Notes under the pieces: generated by a model | What the model saw: only the letters and a program-made list of their open reading frames with translations | Database searches by the model: none | What the model was told of the DNA's origin: nothing | Assembly (NCBI GenBank): GCA_965228735.1 | Contig: OZ245838.1 | Coordinates: 5,920,001-5,984,000 of the forward strand | DNA from: Planctomycetota bacterium | GTDB lineage: Bacteria; Planctomycetota; UBA1135; UBA2386 | Direction: 5' to 3' | DNA: 64,000 nt | Position numbers and translations under genes: made by a program | Shown: positions 26,539-35,905 of the stretch, in pieces | Position numbering within the stretch: the stretch's first letter is position 1 | Layout: the number at the start of each line of letters is the position of its first letter

Positions 26539-27249
26539 CTACTTCAGGCCGGCGTGGATCTTCTGCACGTCGTCGTGGTCGTCGATCTTCTCGAGGAAGT
26601 CGGCGACTTCGGTGCTGGCCGCATCATCGAGTTCGATCGGGTCCTTCGCGACGTAGCCGAGCTCGGCCGAGGCGACGTCCCAGCCCGCCGCGCGCAGGGC
26701 GTCGGCGACCGTGTAGAGGTCGGGGATGTCGCTGAAGAAGCGGCCGCCGCTCTGCTCCTCGGTCGCGCTCTCGAGCGGCTCGACGTTCTGCGCGCCGGCC
26801 TCGATCGCGACCTCTTCGAGGTCCTTGCCGGTCTCCTCGTGGGTCGCCTCGATGATGCCGCAGTGATCGAACAGGAAGTTGACCTTGCTGCCGAACTGAC
26901 CGCCCTTCCACAGCGCCTTGATGTCACTGCCGGTGCGGTTCCGGTTGTCGGTCATGCACTCGACGATGATCGGCACGTTGTGCGGCGCCATGCCCTCGTA
27001 GGCGATCATCTCGAAGTCGACGGCGTCGCTGCCGGTGCCGGCACCCTTGTTGACCGCGCGCTTGATCACGTCGTTGCTCACGGACTGCTTGCGCGCGGCC
27101 TCGATCGCCATCGCGAGCCGCGGGTTCATGTCCGGATCCGCGGCGCCCATCTTCGCGGCGACGGTGATCTCGCGAACGAGCTTGCTCGTGATCTTCGCCT
27201 TCTTGTTGGCGGTGATCTCTTTGTTCTTCTGCAACCACTGGCGGCCCAT
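26539..27249 (-). CDS. yebC: YebC/PmpR family protein
   Basis: MGRQW, EITVAAKMG.DPDMNPRL, YEG..P, TDNRNRT, FLFDHCG, DDHDDVQKI. Confidence 0.95.
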   Translation of the reverse strand: MGRQWLQKNKEITANKKAKITSKLVREITVAAKMGAADPDMNPRLAMAIEAARKQSVSNDVIKRAVNKGAGTGSDAVDFEMIAYEGMAPHNVPIIVECMTDNRNRTGSDIKALWKGGQFGSKVNFLFDHCGIIEATHEETGKDLEEVAIEAGAQNVEPLESATEEQSGGRFFSDIPDLYTVADALRAAGWDVASAELGYVAKDPIELDDAASTEVADFLEKIDDHDDVQKIHAGLK

Positions 27250-27458
27250 GGGCGAGGAGGATCGCCGGGCGCCCGCGTCGAGGCAAGCTTCGAACGCGCC
27301 GGAAGAGTCCGCCGGGCACGCCGTTTGCGCCTGACGGTGACTTTGCCGTGGTACGCCCTGCGGGGAGGACACTTCCGCCGAATGGAGGTGCCTCGTAGCT
27401 CAGCCGTGGGTAGTGTCAGGCGCCCCTCTTCGACCCGAATTTCGTCAGGAGCAAGAAC

Positions 27459-28940
27459 TTGACCGACTCGTCCGTCCCGGTCCGGCAGGGCCATCCGCCC
27501 GGCCTGTACATGATGTTCTTCGCCGAGCTGTGGGAGCGCTTCTGCTACTACGGCATGCGCGCGCTGCTGGCGCTCTACGTCGTGCAGCAATTCGACAAGC
27601 CGCAGGACGAGGCGTCGTTGTCGTACGGCGCGTTCACGGCGCTCGTGTACGCGACGGGCATCTTCGGCGGCCACGTGGCGGACCGGGTGCTCGGCTACCG
27701 GCGGTCGATCATCCTCGGCGGCGTCATCATGGCCGCGGGCGAGTTCGCGCTGATGATCCCGACGGAGTCCGCGTTCCTGTTCGGGCTCGCCGGCATCGTC
27801 GTCGGCAACGGGCTGTTCAAACCCAACATCAGTTCGCTGGTCGGCAAGCTCTACGAAGAAGGGGACCCGCGCCGCGACTCGGGCTTCACGATCTTCTACA
27901 TGGGCATCAACATCGGCGCGCTCGCGGCGCCGATCGTGTGCGCCTGGGTGTCCACCATGATGGGAACGGTGGGCGCCGATGGCGCCGTCACGCCGGACTA
28001 TCGCTGGGGCTTCGCGATGGCGGGCGCCGGCATGCTGCTCGGCATCATCACGTTCACGCTCGGTGGCGGCCTGCTGCAGGGCAAGGGCGGCACGCCCGAG
28101 GGCAAGGAAGGCCCGATGCCGTTCGTCGGCACGCTGGTCGGTTGCGCAGTGCTCGTGCCGGTGATCTACCTGCTGCTCAGCAACCAGGAAGTCGCGGGCT
28201 ACATCCTGCTCGGCCTCGCGGGTGCGATCATCATCTACCTGATCTACACCGGAGCCAAACTCGGCTCGGTCGTGCTGCAGCGCATCTTCGCGCTGATCAT
28301 CCTGCTGTTCGTCAATGCGCTGTTCTGGGCGTGCTTCGAGCAGGCTGGCAACTCACTGAACTTCTTCGCGCAGGACCACGTCGGCAACCGCGGTGACGGC
28401 GGCTGGTTCCAGTTCGAGTTCTTCCAGTCGGTCAACCCGATCTACATCGTGCTGTTCGCGCCGGTGTTCGCGTGGCTCTGGGTCTGGCTCGACAAGCGCA
28501 AGATGAATCCGTCGATCCCCGCCAAGTTCGGTCTCGGCCTCGTGCAGGTCGGCCTCGGCTTCGGCGTGGTCCTGCTCGCGATCAACATGAGCGAGTCGCT
28601 CTCGACGATCATGTTCCTGTCGCTGTTCCTGGTCTACCTGCTGCACACGACGGGTGAGCTCTGCATCTCACCGGTCGGCCTGTCGATGGTGACCAAGCTC
28701 GCGCCGGCCCACATGACGGGCATCGTCATGGGGGCGTGGTTCCTGTCGATCTCGATGGGCAACTACGTCGCCGGCATCTTCTCGGCGCTCGCCGGTGAGA
28801 CCGCGGTCGAGGGCGAGGGCGCGCCGCTGTCGGGTTACGTCGACGCCTACACGCCGATCCTCTACATGGCCTGCGGTGCCGGCGTGCTGCTGCTGATCCT
28901 CAGCAAGCCGATCAACAAGCTGATGCACGGCATCAAGTAG
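27459..28940 (+). CDS. POT/PTR proton-dependent oligopeptide transporter
   Basis: ELWERFCYYG motif, GNGLFKPNISSLVG, FYMGINIGA, GELCISPVGLS; TTG start preceded by AGGAG. Confidence 0.95.
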   Translation: MTDSSVPVRQGHPPGLYMMFFAELWERFCYYGMRALLALYVVQQFDKPQDEASLSYGAFTALVYATGIFGGHVADRVLGYRRSIILGGVIMAAGEFALMIPTESAFLFGLAGIVVGNGLFKPNISSLVGKLYEEGDPRRDSGFTIFYMGINIGALAAPIVCAWVSTMMGTVGADGAVTPDYRWGFAMAGAGMLLGIITFTLGGGLLQGKGGTPEGKEGPMPFVGTLVGCAVLVPVIYLLLSNQEVAGYILLGLAGAIIIYLIYTGAKLGSVVLQRIFALIILLFVNALFWACFEQAGNSLNFFAQDHVGNRGDGGWFQFEFFQSVNPIYIVLFAPVFAWLWVWLDKRKMNPSIPAKFGLGLVQVGLGFGVVLLAINMSESLSTIMFLSLFLVYLLHTTGELCISPVGLSMVTKLAPAHMTGIVMGAWFLSISMGNYVAGIFSALAGETAVEGEGAPLSGYVDAYTPILYMACGAGVLLLILSKPINKLMHGIK

Positions 28941-28997
28941 GCCGCGGCGCAAACCGCGGCGGTAGCCACCACTCCGCACACCCCTCTGAGCTCTCCC

Positions 28998-30968
28998 ATG
29001 TTCACCGGCCACCCCAAAGGACTCTTCCGCCTCTTCTTCATCGAGATGTGGGAACGCCTCGCGTTCTACACGATGGTCGGGGTGCTGCTGCTCTACGCGA
29101 CCGATACCGAAGACGGCGGTCTGGCGTGGTCGAAAGCGGAGGGCAACGAGATCTACGGTCTCTACCTCGCGTTCGTCTACTTCACGCCGTACCTCGGCGG
29201 CCTGATCGCGGACCGGTTGCTGGGGTATCGGAAGTCGGTGCTGATCGGCGGCATCCTGTTCGCCACGGGGTTCTTCCTGCTCTCGACCGGACAGAGCTGG
29301 TCGTTCCCGGTCGGGCTGATCCTGCTGTGCTGCGGCAACGGGTTCTTCAAGCCGAACATCTCCGCGATGGTTGGCAACCTCTACAGCGCTGGGGATCCGA
29401 AGCGCGACGCCGGCTTCAACATCTTCTACATGGGGATCAACATCGGCGCGTTCATCGCGAACTTCCTCGCGGCGATCATGCGCAATGCCTACTTCTGGGA
29501 GGCGGTGTTCTTCGCGGCCGGCGTCGGCATGTTGCTCAGCGTCGTGATCCTGCTCAGCAGCTGGAAGGTGCTCGAGAAGGCCGACATCGAGCCGGGTAAC
29601 AAGCCTGGAGATACGCCGTTCTCCGAGATCATCATCAAGATCCTCGGCCCGGCCCTCGGGCTCGGCGTCGCCGGCTGGTGGGTGGCCGAGTACCTGCTGC
29701 CGGCGGCCGCGACGAAGCTGGTCCGGCCGACCGACTTCGGCTTCCTGATCGGTGCGATTCCGATCCTGTTCTTCTTCGGCACGCTGTCGCGGAAGGCCGC
29801 GGAGGAAGAGAAGCCCGGGCTGAAGGCGCTGATCCCGATCTACATCGCGGGTGGCACGTTCTTCATGGTGTTGCACCTCAACGGCAGCGCGATGACGACT
29901 TGGGCCAACGACAACACGGCGCGCCATCTCGGCGAGCCGGATCCGATCGTGCTCGTCTCCGATTCGATCTGGATCAAGGGCAAGCCCGTGTTTGCCGGGC
30001 CGGCGTTCCCCGGCTACTACGACAACGCTGCGGCCGACGTGCCGCGACCACAGAAGTCCACGATGCTGCCGATCGGCACGGTCGAACAGACTCGCATGTT
30101 CGGTCAGAAGAAGATGGATGCGGCCAACCTGGCCGCGATTGCCGAGAAGCTGCCGAACGACGTGCGTGTCGAGTCGATCCCGATCGCGGGCGACAAGAGC
30201 GAACAGCAGGAGGAGTGGGCCAAATACGCGGTCGAGATCTTCGACAAGGTCACGATCGAAGAGACCACTGACTCCCACGGCCTGCCCCAGATCTCGGTCA
30301 CGGTCGACGATGGTGCCGAGCCGACTCAGGAGGTCGCGTTCGTTCGGAGCGCGGGCGACACCGAGTTCGCGACGTACCTGATCACCCAGGAGAAGTTCGA
30401 CTCGATGTATGCGGGCGACCCGCCGGTCGTCGACGAGGCGGGGACCTATCTGCGTGCCGCCAATCCCGAGCTCTACCAGTCGTGGAACGCGTTCTTCGTA
30501 GTCGCGTTCACCCCGCTCGTCATGCTCTTCTTCGCCTGGACCCTGCGGAAGAAGATCGACTTCAGCACCGCCCGCAAGATTCTCGCCGGCATGGTGATCA
30601 CCGCCCTGGCCGCGTTGTTCATGGCCGGCGCGGGCTTCCTGTCCGACAACGGCGCGATCAAGGTCAGCGGCCTGTGGCTGATGGGCTTCTACGCGATCGT
30701 TACGGTCGGTGAGCTGTTCCTGTCGCCGATGGCGCTGTCGCTGGTGACCAAGCTGAGTCCGAAGCGATTCGTCGGCCTGACGATGGGCGGCTGGTTCTTC
30801 GCGACCGCGGTCGGCAACAAGTTCTCCGGCTTCCTCGGCGTGTTGCAGGGCGCGATGGCGCCCGCGATGTTCTTCCTGGTGATCGCGATCGCCGTCGCGC
30901 TCGTGGCCGGCTACATCCTGGCCGTGCTGCCCAGACTCGACGCCGCGATCAAGAAGTACGGCGCCTGA
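28998..30968 (+). CDS. POT/PTR oligopeptide transporter with large soluble loop insertion
   Basis: EMWERLAFY, GNGFFKPNISAMVG, FYMGINIGA, GELFLSPMALS; ~180-aa hydrophilic insert before LYQSWN. Confidence 0.93.
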   Translation: MFTGHPKGLFRLFFIEMWERLAFYTMVGVLLLYATDTEDGGLAWSKAEGNEIYGLYLAFVYFTPYLGGLIADRLLGYRKSVLIGGILFATGFFLLSTGQSWSFPVGLILLCCGNGFFKPNISAMVGNLYSAGDPKRDAGFNIFYMGINIGAFIANFLAAIMRNAYFWEAVFFAAGVGMLLSVVILLSSWKVLEKADIEPGNKPGDTPFSEIIIKILGPALGLGVAGWWVAEYLLPAAATKLVRPTDFGFLIGAIPILFFFGTLSRKAAEEEKPGLKALIPIYIAGGTFFMVLHLNGSAMTTWANDNTARHLGEPDPIVLVSDSIWIKGKPVFAGPAFPGYYDNAAADVPRPQKSTMLPIGTVEQTRMFGQKKMDAANLAAIAEKLPNDVRVESIPIAGDKSEQQEEWAKYAVEIFDKVTIEETTDSHGLPQISVTVDDGAEPTQEVAFVRSAGDTEFATYLITQEKFDSMYAGDPPVVDEAGTYLRAANPELYQSWNAFFVVAFTPLVMLFFAWTLRKKIDFSTARKILAGMVITALAALFMAGAGFLSDNGAIKVSGLWLMGFYAIVTVGELFLSPMALSLVTKLSPKRFVGLTMGGWFFATAVGNKFSGFLGVLQGAMAPAMFFLVIAIAVALVAGYILAVLPRLDAAIKKYGA

Positions 30969-31043
30969 TCGGCGTACCGAACCGGGTGCAAACTGCCGGG
31001 ATCCGAGCTAGCCCGGCAGAACGTACCGGGTACCGTACGCCGA
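30969..31043. repeat. Inverted-repeat element family B, degenerate copy 3
   Basis: Imperfect 32-bp arms; the reverse complement of the right arm (CGTACGGTACCCGGTACGTTCTGCCGG) differs at 4 of 27 positions from the copy 1 arm. Confidence 0.7.
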
Positions 31044-31049
31044 GAACGC

Positions 31050-31691
31050 ATGGTGGAGACGCAGCCGGAGCAGCCAGTCAGCCCATCGCCGGAAGGCGCC
31101 GCGCCGCAGCTCGGGCCGCGGTGGCGGAAGATGGCGGAGAGCAAATACGCGCTCTTCTTCATGTGCCTGCTGTCGTTCGCCGATGCGTGCGTGTCGCCCA
31201 TCCTGCCCGAGGTGCTGTTCGTGCCGCTGTGCCTCATGTATCCGCGCAAGCGCTACGTGTTCGCCGCGTGGTGCGCGATGGCGTCGGTCGTCGGCGGCAT
31301 GTTCGGCTACGGCCTCGGGCTGTGGCTGTGGGAGGCCGGGCTGCGGGAGTTCGCGTTCGACTACATCCCGGGGTTCACGCCAGAGTGGTTCGAGAAGGTC
31401 AGCGCCTGGTACGGCGACCAGGCGTTCCTGTGGGTGTGGCTCGGCGGGTTCACGCCGCTGCCCTACAAGATCTTCACGGTCATGGCGGGCGTGTGTCACG
31501 ACGACGTGAGCTTCCCGGTGTTCCTCGCGGCGTCGATCCTGAGCCGCGTCCCGCGCATCTTCCTGACCGTCTGGCTGCTCGATCAACTCGGTCCGACCGT
31601 GGTCGACTTCCTGCTCAAGCGCGCGAGCCGGGTGCTCCTCGTCCTGCTGCTGATCGTGCTCGGGATCGTGCTCTGGAACCAGTTCGGCTGA
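31050..31691 (+). CDS. YqaA/DedA (VTT domain) membrane protein
   Basis: SFADACVSPILPE, SVVGGMFGY, GFTPLPYKIFT, SRVPR motifs. Confidence 0.9.
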   Translation: MVETQPEQPVSPSPEGAAPQLGPRWRKMAESKYALFFMCLLSFADACVSPILPEVLFVPLCLMYPRKRYVFAAWCAMASVVGGMFGYGLGLWLWEAGLREFAFDYIPGFTPEWFEKVSAWYGDQAFLWVWLGGFTPLPYKIFTVMAGVCHDDVSFPVFLAASILSRVPRIFLTVWLLDQLGPTVVDFLLKRASRVLLVLLLIVLGIVLWNQFG

Positions 31692-31745
31692 ACGGCGACC
31701 CGGGTCGCCGGCCCTGCTCGACTGTCTCCTCGATTGGCCGCTCGA

Positions 31746-31949
31746 TCAGCCGCGCTTCTTCCGCGCCTTCTTCTTGCCGGTCCCCGCGTCGCCGGCACTG
31801 CCGACCCGCCGCCGCACCGCGTCGCGCAGCAAGAACTCGATCTGGCCGTTGATCGACCGCATGTCCTGCTCGGCCCACCGCCGCAGCTCGGCGAAGAGCT
31901 TCGGCGGCAGGCGCAGGAGGAACTTCTTGGGGTCGGAGTCGGCGGCCAT
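31746..31949 (-). CDS. Arc-like ribbon-helix-helix DNA-binding protein
   Basis: KKFLLRLPPKLFAELRRWAEQDMRSINGQIEFLL; 5 bp downstream of the SPFH gene. Confidence 0.88.
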   Translation of the reverse strand: MAADSDPKKFLLRLPPKLFAELRRWAEQDMRSINGQIEFLLRDAVRRRVGSAGDAGTGKKKARKKRG

Positions 31950-31954
31950 CGGCC

Positions 31955-32788
31955 CTAGCCGTAGATCGTCCCCGCGTTGATCACGGGTTGGGTGCCGCGT
32001 TCGCTGCAGAGCACGACGAGGAGGTTGCTGACCATCTGCGCCTTGCGCTCTTCGTCGAGCTCGACGACGTCGCCCTGCTCGAGGTTGTCGATCGCCTGCT
32101 GCACCATGCTCGTGGCGCCCTCGACGATACGCGTCCGCGCGTCGATGATTGCCTCCGCCTGCTGGCGCTGCAGCATCGCGCTCGCGATCTCCGGCGCGTA
32201 GGCCAGGTGACTCAGTCGCGCCTCGAGCACCTCGATGCCCGCCATCTGCAGCCGCTGCTCGAGCTCGGCGAGCAGTTCGTCGTTGATCGTCGAGCTGTTG
32301 CCGCGCAGCGAGACCTCGTCGTCGTTCGGCGTGTCGTAGGGGTGCACCGACGCGAGGTGGCGCACGGCCGACTCGGTCTGCACCTCGACGTAGCTCTCGT
32401 GGTCTTCGACATCGAACGCCGCCTGGGCCGTGTCGCGAACGCGCCACACGACCACCGCGCCGATCTCGATCGGGTTGCCGCGCAGGTCGTTCACCTTGAG
32501 CTTGTCGCTGTTGAAGTTGTGCGCGCGCAGCGAGACCGCGCGCCGAATCGTGAACGGGTTGACCCAGTAGAAGCCGGCCTGCCGCAGCGTGCCCTTGTAG
32601 TTGCCGAACAGCACCGCGACCTTGGACTGGTTGGGGTTCACCAGCGTCAGCCCGATCAGGCACAGCAGCGCGATGGGGATCCCGAACACGGTCAGCGCGA
32701 GGACGATGCCGGCGATCAGCATCGGGATGCCGGGCAGCGGGTCGGGATACGGGATCTCTTTGGACGGTTCTCTCGGTTGGGCGGTCAT
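31955..32788 (-). CDS. SPFH/band 7 domain membrane protein
   Basis: N-terminal TMs, [41 protein letters not shown]. Confidence 0.93.
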   Translation of the reverse strand: MTAQPREPSKEIPYPDPLPGIPMLIAGIVLALTVFGIPIALLCLIGLTLVNPNQSKVAVLFGNYKGTLRQAGFYWVNPFTIRRAVSLRAHNFNSDKLKVNDLRGNPIEIGAVVVWRVRDTAQAAFDVEDHESYVEVQTESAVRHLASVHPYDTPNDDEVSLRGNSSTINDELLAELEQRLQMAGIEVLEARLSHLAYAPEIASAMLQRQQAEAIIDARTRIVEGATSMVQQAIDNLEQGDVVELDEERKAQMVSNLLVVLCSERGTQPVINAGTIYG

Positions 32789-32820
32789 CGGCGTCGGGTC
32801 TCCAAGTCTACGGTGCTATT

Positions 32821-32836
32821 GCGATGATATCATCGC
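32821..32836. promoter_or_regulatory. Perfect 16-bp palindrome GCGATGATATCATCGC, putative operator
   Basis: AT-rich palindrome 32 bp upstream of the SPFH-Arc start; symmetry extends imperfectly to 32817-32840. Confidence 0.65.
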
Positions 32837-32872
32837 GATATGCATTAGTGGCCGTTCCGCCAGCCAGACTGT

Positions 32873-32991
32873 CGTGGCGTTACCGAACCCGCTTCGAATC
32901 CGCCACGGGCAGGGGGCGAAGGCCGCCGGGGGGACAGCGGGTTGCGTGGGGGGCGGGGTGGCGGATTCGAAGCGGGTTCGGTACCGCCACG
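32873..32991. repeat. Inverted-repeat element family A, copy 2
   Basis: 34-bp arms CGTGGCG(T/G)TACCGAACCCGCTTCGAATCCGCCAC with one mismatch; same spacer length as copy 1. Confidence 0.9.
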
Positions 32992-32994
32992 CCC

Positions 32995-34944
32995 TCACTC
33001 GGCGTCGTGGGAGAACGGCAGGGCCTGCAAGAACTGCCGCCCGTAGGCCTTCGTCCTGGCCCGCGGATCGAGGACGACGACCTTGCCGCGGTCCTGTTCG
33101 TTGCGGATGAGGCGACCGAAGCCCTGGCGGAACCTCAGGATCGCCTCGGGCAGGGTGTGGAACGCGAACGGGTCCTTGCCCTGCTGCCGCAGGGCCGCGA
33201 GCCGGGCCTGGGTCAGGGGGTGACCCGGGTTCTGGAACGGCAATCGCGTGATCACCAGCAGGCTCAGCGCCTCGCCAGGGACATCGATGCCCTCCCAGAG
33301 GCTGTCGGTGCCGAGCAGCACCGACTCCGGGATCTCGCGCTTCTGCTGCAGCAGGCGCGCGAGCGGCGCCTCGCCCTGCACGAGCAGCGTGATGCCGTGG
33401 TATTCGAGCTCCGGTCGCAGCCGCTGCGCGAGGTCGCGCACGAACTCCCACGACGTGCACAGCACGAGTGCGGAGCCGCCGTTGTCGATCACGTGCCGCG
33501 TCGTGCGCTCCGCGACCTCGCGCCGATACGCCTGGTCCTGCTGCGTCGGGTCCGGCATCGCCTCCTCGACGACGAGCTCGACCGCGCGGTCGTAGTCGAA
33601 CGGCGAGTCGAGTCGCAGTGCCGTCGCATCGCCGATGCCGAGCTTCTCGCGGAACCAGCGGAACTCGGGATCGTCGGGGTTGCTGCCGACCGTCGCGCTG
33701 AGCAAGACACTCGTTGCTCCGCCGCCGAACAGGTGCTGCCCGAGCGTCGCGCTCACGTCGAGGGGGGCGGCGCACAGCTGCGCCCCGCGCCGCGTCGGTT
33801 CGAGCCAGCGCACGAGCGGCGTTTCGACCTCGCCCGGCCGGCACAAGGCGCGGAGGACGGAGCACAGCGAGTCGATGCCCTTGGCGCGCGCCTGCAGCTC
33901 CATGCGCAGCTCGACCTCGTCGGTGCGGCCGGACGCCGCGGCGATCTCCGTCGCGAGCGACGCGAGGATGTGGCTCAGCGGTTCGTCGATCGGCTCGCCG
34001 TGCAACGCGACGCCACCCCGATCGCGGCCCGACAGCCGCGTGCCGAGGTCCGCGAAGAACGCCTCGCTGATCTGCCACGCCTCCTGCCAGTAGAGCCTGG
34101 CCGCGGGGGAGCCGAAGCGCGCGAGCAGACTGCGTTCGCTGCGTCTGTTGTGCAGCCGCCGCAGGTGCCACTGCACCGTGCGGGCGGACAGCCGCAGCCC
34201 GAGACTCTCGGTCGCCACGCGTTCGAGGTGATGGGCCTCGTCGAAGATCACCACGCGATGCGGCGGCAGGTAGCTCGCGCCCGCGATGCGCAGCGCGAGG
34301 TCCGAGAAGTAGAGCGCGTGGTTGACGATCAGCACCTGCGCGGTCTGCATGCGCCGGCGCGCGCGTTGCCAGTGACAGCGGTCGTAGTGCTTGCACGCGC
34401 GGTGCAGACAGTTGCCGTGCTCGGCCTGCACCTCTTCCCACACCTCGGGTGCGGGCGGCGGGTCGAGCTCCAGCCGCGTGCCGTCCTGCGTCGTCGTCGA
34501 CCATTCGACGATGCGTTCGAGCTGCTGCCGGCGCTCGGGTTCGTCGAACAACCCGTTCTCCCGCCCGGCCAGCTCCTGCCGGCGCAGGCAGAGGTAGTTG
34601 TTGCGCCCGATCGCCGTGACGGACGACCACTCGAGCGGCAGCACCGCGTGCAGGAACGGCAGGTCCTTGCGTTCGAGCTGCTCCTGCAGCGCGATCGTCC
34701 GGGTCGATACGACGATCGGTCCCTGGCCCTGATGCGACGTCGCGTGGATCGCCGCGGGCACGAGGTAGGCGAACGACTTGCCCGTGCCGGTGCCGGCTTC
34801 GGCCACGAGGTGGCGGCCGCCCTCGAACGCGCCCTGCACCGCGGCCGCGAGCTCGAGCTGCTGGGGCCGGACCTCGTAGTCGTCGAGGCGGCGCGCGATC
34901 GGCCCGTCGGGGCCGAGCAGCTCGGCGGCGTCCTGGTCCATCAT
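32995..34944 (-). CDS. dinG: DinG/YoaA-family Fe-S ATP-dependent DNA helicase
   Basis: Q motif RPQQ, EAGTGTGKS, LQEQL, four Cys (YLC...C...C...C), DEAHHL, SAT, WEGIDVPG, QGFGRLIR. Confidence 0.95.
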   Translation of the reverse strand: MMDQDAAELLGPDGPIARRLDDYEVRPQQLELAAAVQGAFEGGRHLVAEAGTGTGKSFAYLVPAAIHATSHQGQGPIVVSTRTIALQEQLERKDLPFLHAVLPLEWSSVTAIGRNNYLCLRRQELAGRENGLFDEPERRQQLERIVEWSTTTQDGTRLELDPPPAPEVWEEVQAEHGNCLHRACKHYDRCHWQRARRRMQTAQVLIVNHALYFSDLALRIAGASYLPPHRVVIFDEAHHLERVATESLGLRLSARTVQWHLRRLHNRRSERSLLARFGSPAARLYWQEAWQISEAFFADLGTRLSGRDRGGVALHGEPIDEPLSHILASLATEIAAASGRTDEVELRMELQARAKGIDSLCSVLRALCRPGEVETPLVRWLEPTRRGAQLCAAPLDVSATLGQHLFGGGATSVLLSATVGSNPDDPEFRWFREKLGIGDATALRLDSPFDYDRAVELVVEEAMPDPTQQDQAYRREVAERTTRHVIDNGGSALVLCTSWEFVRDLAQRLRPELEYHGITLLVQGEAPLARLLQQKREIPESVLLGTDSLWEGIDVPGEALSLLVITRLPFQNPGHPLTQARLAALRQQGKDPFAFHTLPEAILRFRQGFGRLIRNEQDRGKVVVLDPRARTKAYGRQFLQALPFSHDAE

Positions 34945-35768
34945 CCGATCTGCTCCAGGTCTTCGGTCCTCGTCGTTTGCGGCAGGAAGTCGCGCGCGAG
35001 CACCATGCGGTTCCACTGCGGCAGCTGCCGGTCGTGCAGCACGGGCAGCGGCTCGAACCAACCCGTGTGCATCTGATGCTGCGCCTGCATGCCGATCGTG
35101 CTGCGCGCGCGGATCCAGTGCCGGCCGCGTCGCAGCACCGCGCGATGATCGCGGAACTCGTAGGTGATGCGCAGTGACTCGGGCAGCATCCAGCGGATCG
35201 GTTCGACGTTGCTGATGGTGCCCGTCGACACGTCGCCGTGCACGAGCACGCGGCGCAGCTGGAACGCGCCGACCACCCAGCCGCACAGCAGGAACAGGCC
35301 GGGCACGACCGTCATGCCGAACCAGAACTGCGGGCGCAGGAGCACGAAGTCGAAGTGCAGCGTGCCGCCGGCGACGCGGTTGGCGTTCGGCGGGTGCGGC
35401 ACGACCTCGAGGTCGACGTTCTGGCCGAGCGACACCGTGCCCTCGTGGACGAGCGAGAAGCCCGTGAGGTCGTTGCCGCCGTACTCGAACGTGTACTTCA
35501 CGCGGTGCCACCGACTGCCGCCCGGGCCGTTGAAGACGATCGGCTCGATCTCGGTGATCACACCGACGGCCGAATCGTTGGGGCCGCGGTTGAGCCGGGC
35601 CTCTTCGCTCGGCTTCGCGCCCGACGCGAGGAACAGCATCCACGAGAACAGACCGCCGAAGGCTGCGAGGAACAGGCCGAGTGCCGCCATCGGCCAGCGG
35701 TGCGCGAGGATCGGACCGGACCGCACCCGTCGCGGGGCCGCCGGGATGTTGCGCACCTCATGCTTCAT
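34941..35768 (-). CDS. Membrane protein with two TM/OB-like modules (DUF3592-like)
   Basis: Two TMs each followed by G.I.......V/ITY.F beta patterns; ATGA-coupled to dinG. Confidence 0.7.
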   Translation of the reverse strand: MKHEVRNIPAAPRRVRSGPILAHRWPMAALGLFLAAFGGLFSWMLFLASGAKPSEEARLNRGPNDSAVGVITEIEPIVFNGPGGSRWHRVKYTFEYGGNDLTGFSLVHEGTVSLGQNVDLEVVPHPPNANRVAGGTLHFDFVLLRPQFWFGMTVVPGLFLLCGWVVGAFQLRRVLVHGDVSTGTISNVEPIRWMLPESLRITYEFRDHRAVLRRGRHWIRARSTIGMQAQHQMHTGWFEPLPVLHDRQLPQWNRMVLARDFLPQTTRTEDLEQIG

Positions 35769-35905
35769 CGAACAGCCAACTACACCAGTCCGGGCCAGCG
35801 CCGTCGAGATCCGAGGAAGCTCCGGCGATCGGCGCGGACCTGGCAATCACCCGGCACCGGCGCGCTCCCTGCCAGCATCTGCCGAAGACCTCAGGAGATC
35901 TCCAC

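Noticed and set aside
27388..27450. GTAGCTCAG...GGTAG resembling a tRNA D-arm
   Set aside because: The D-stem cannot close (GTGT instead of GAGC) and there is no acceptor stem or proper T-arm; more likely promoter sequence.
32995..35768. dinG as part of a type IV CRISPR or other defence locus
   Set aside because: No cas genes, array or nuclease neighbours; it looks like the housekeeping Fe-S DinG/YoaA.
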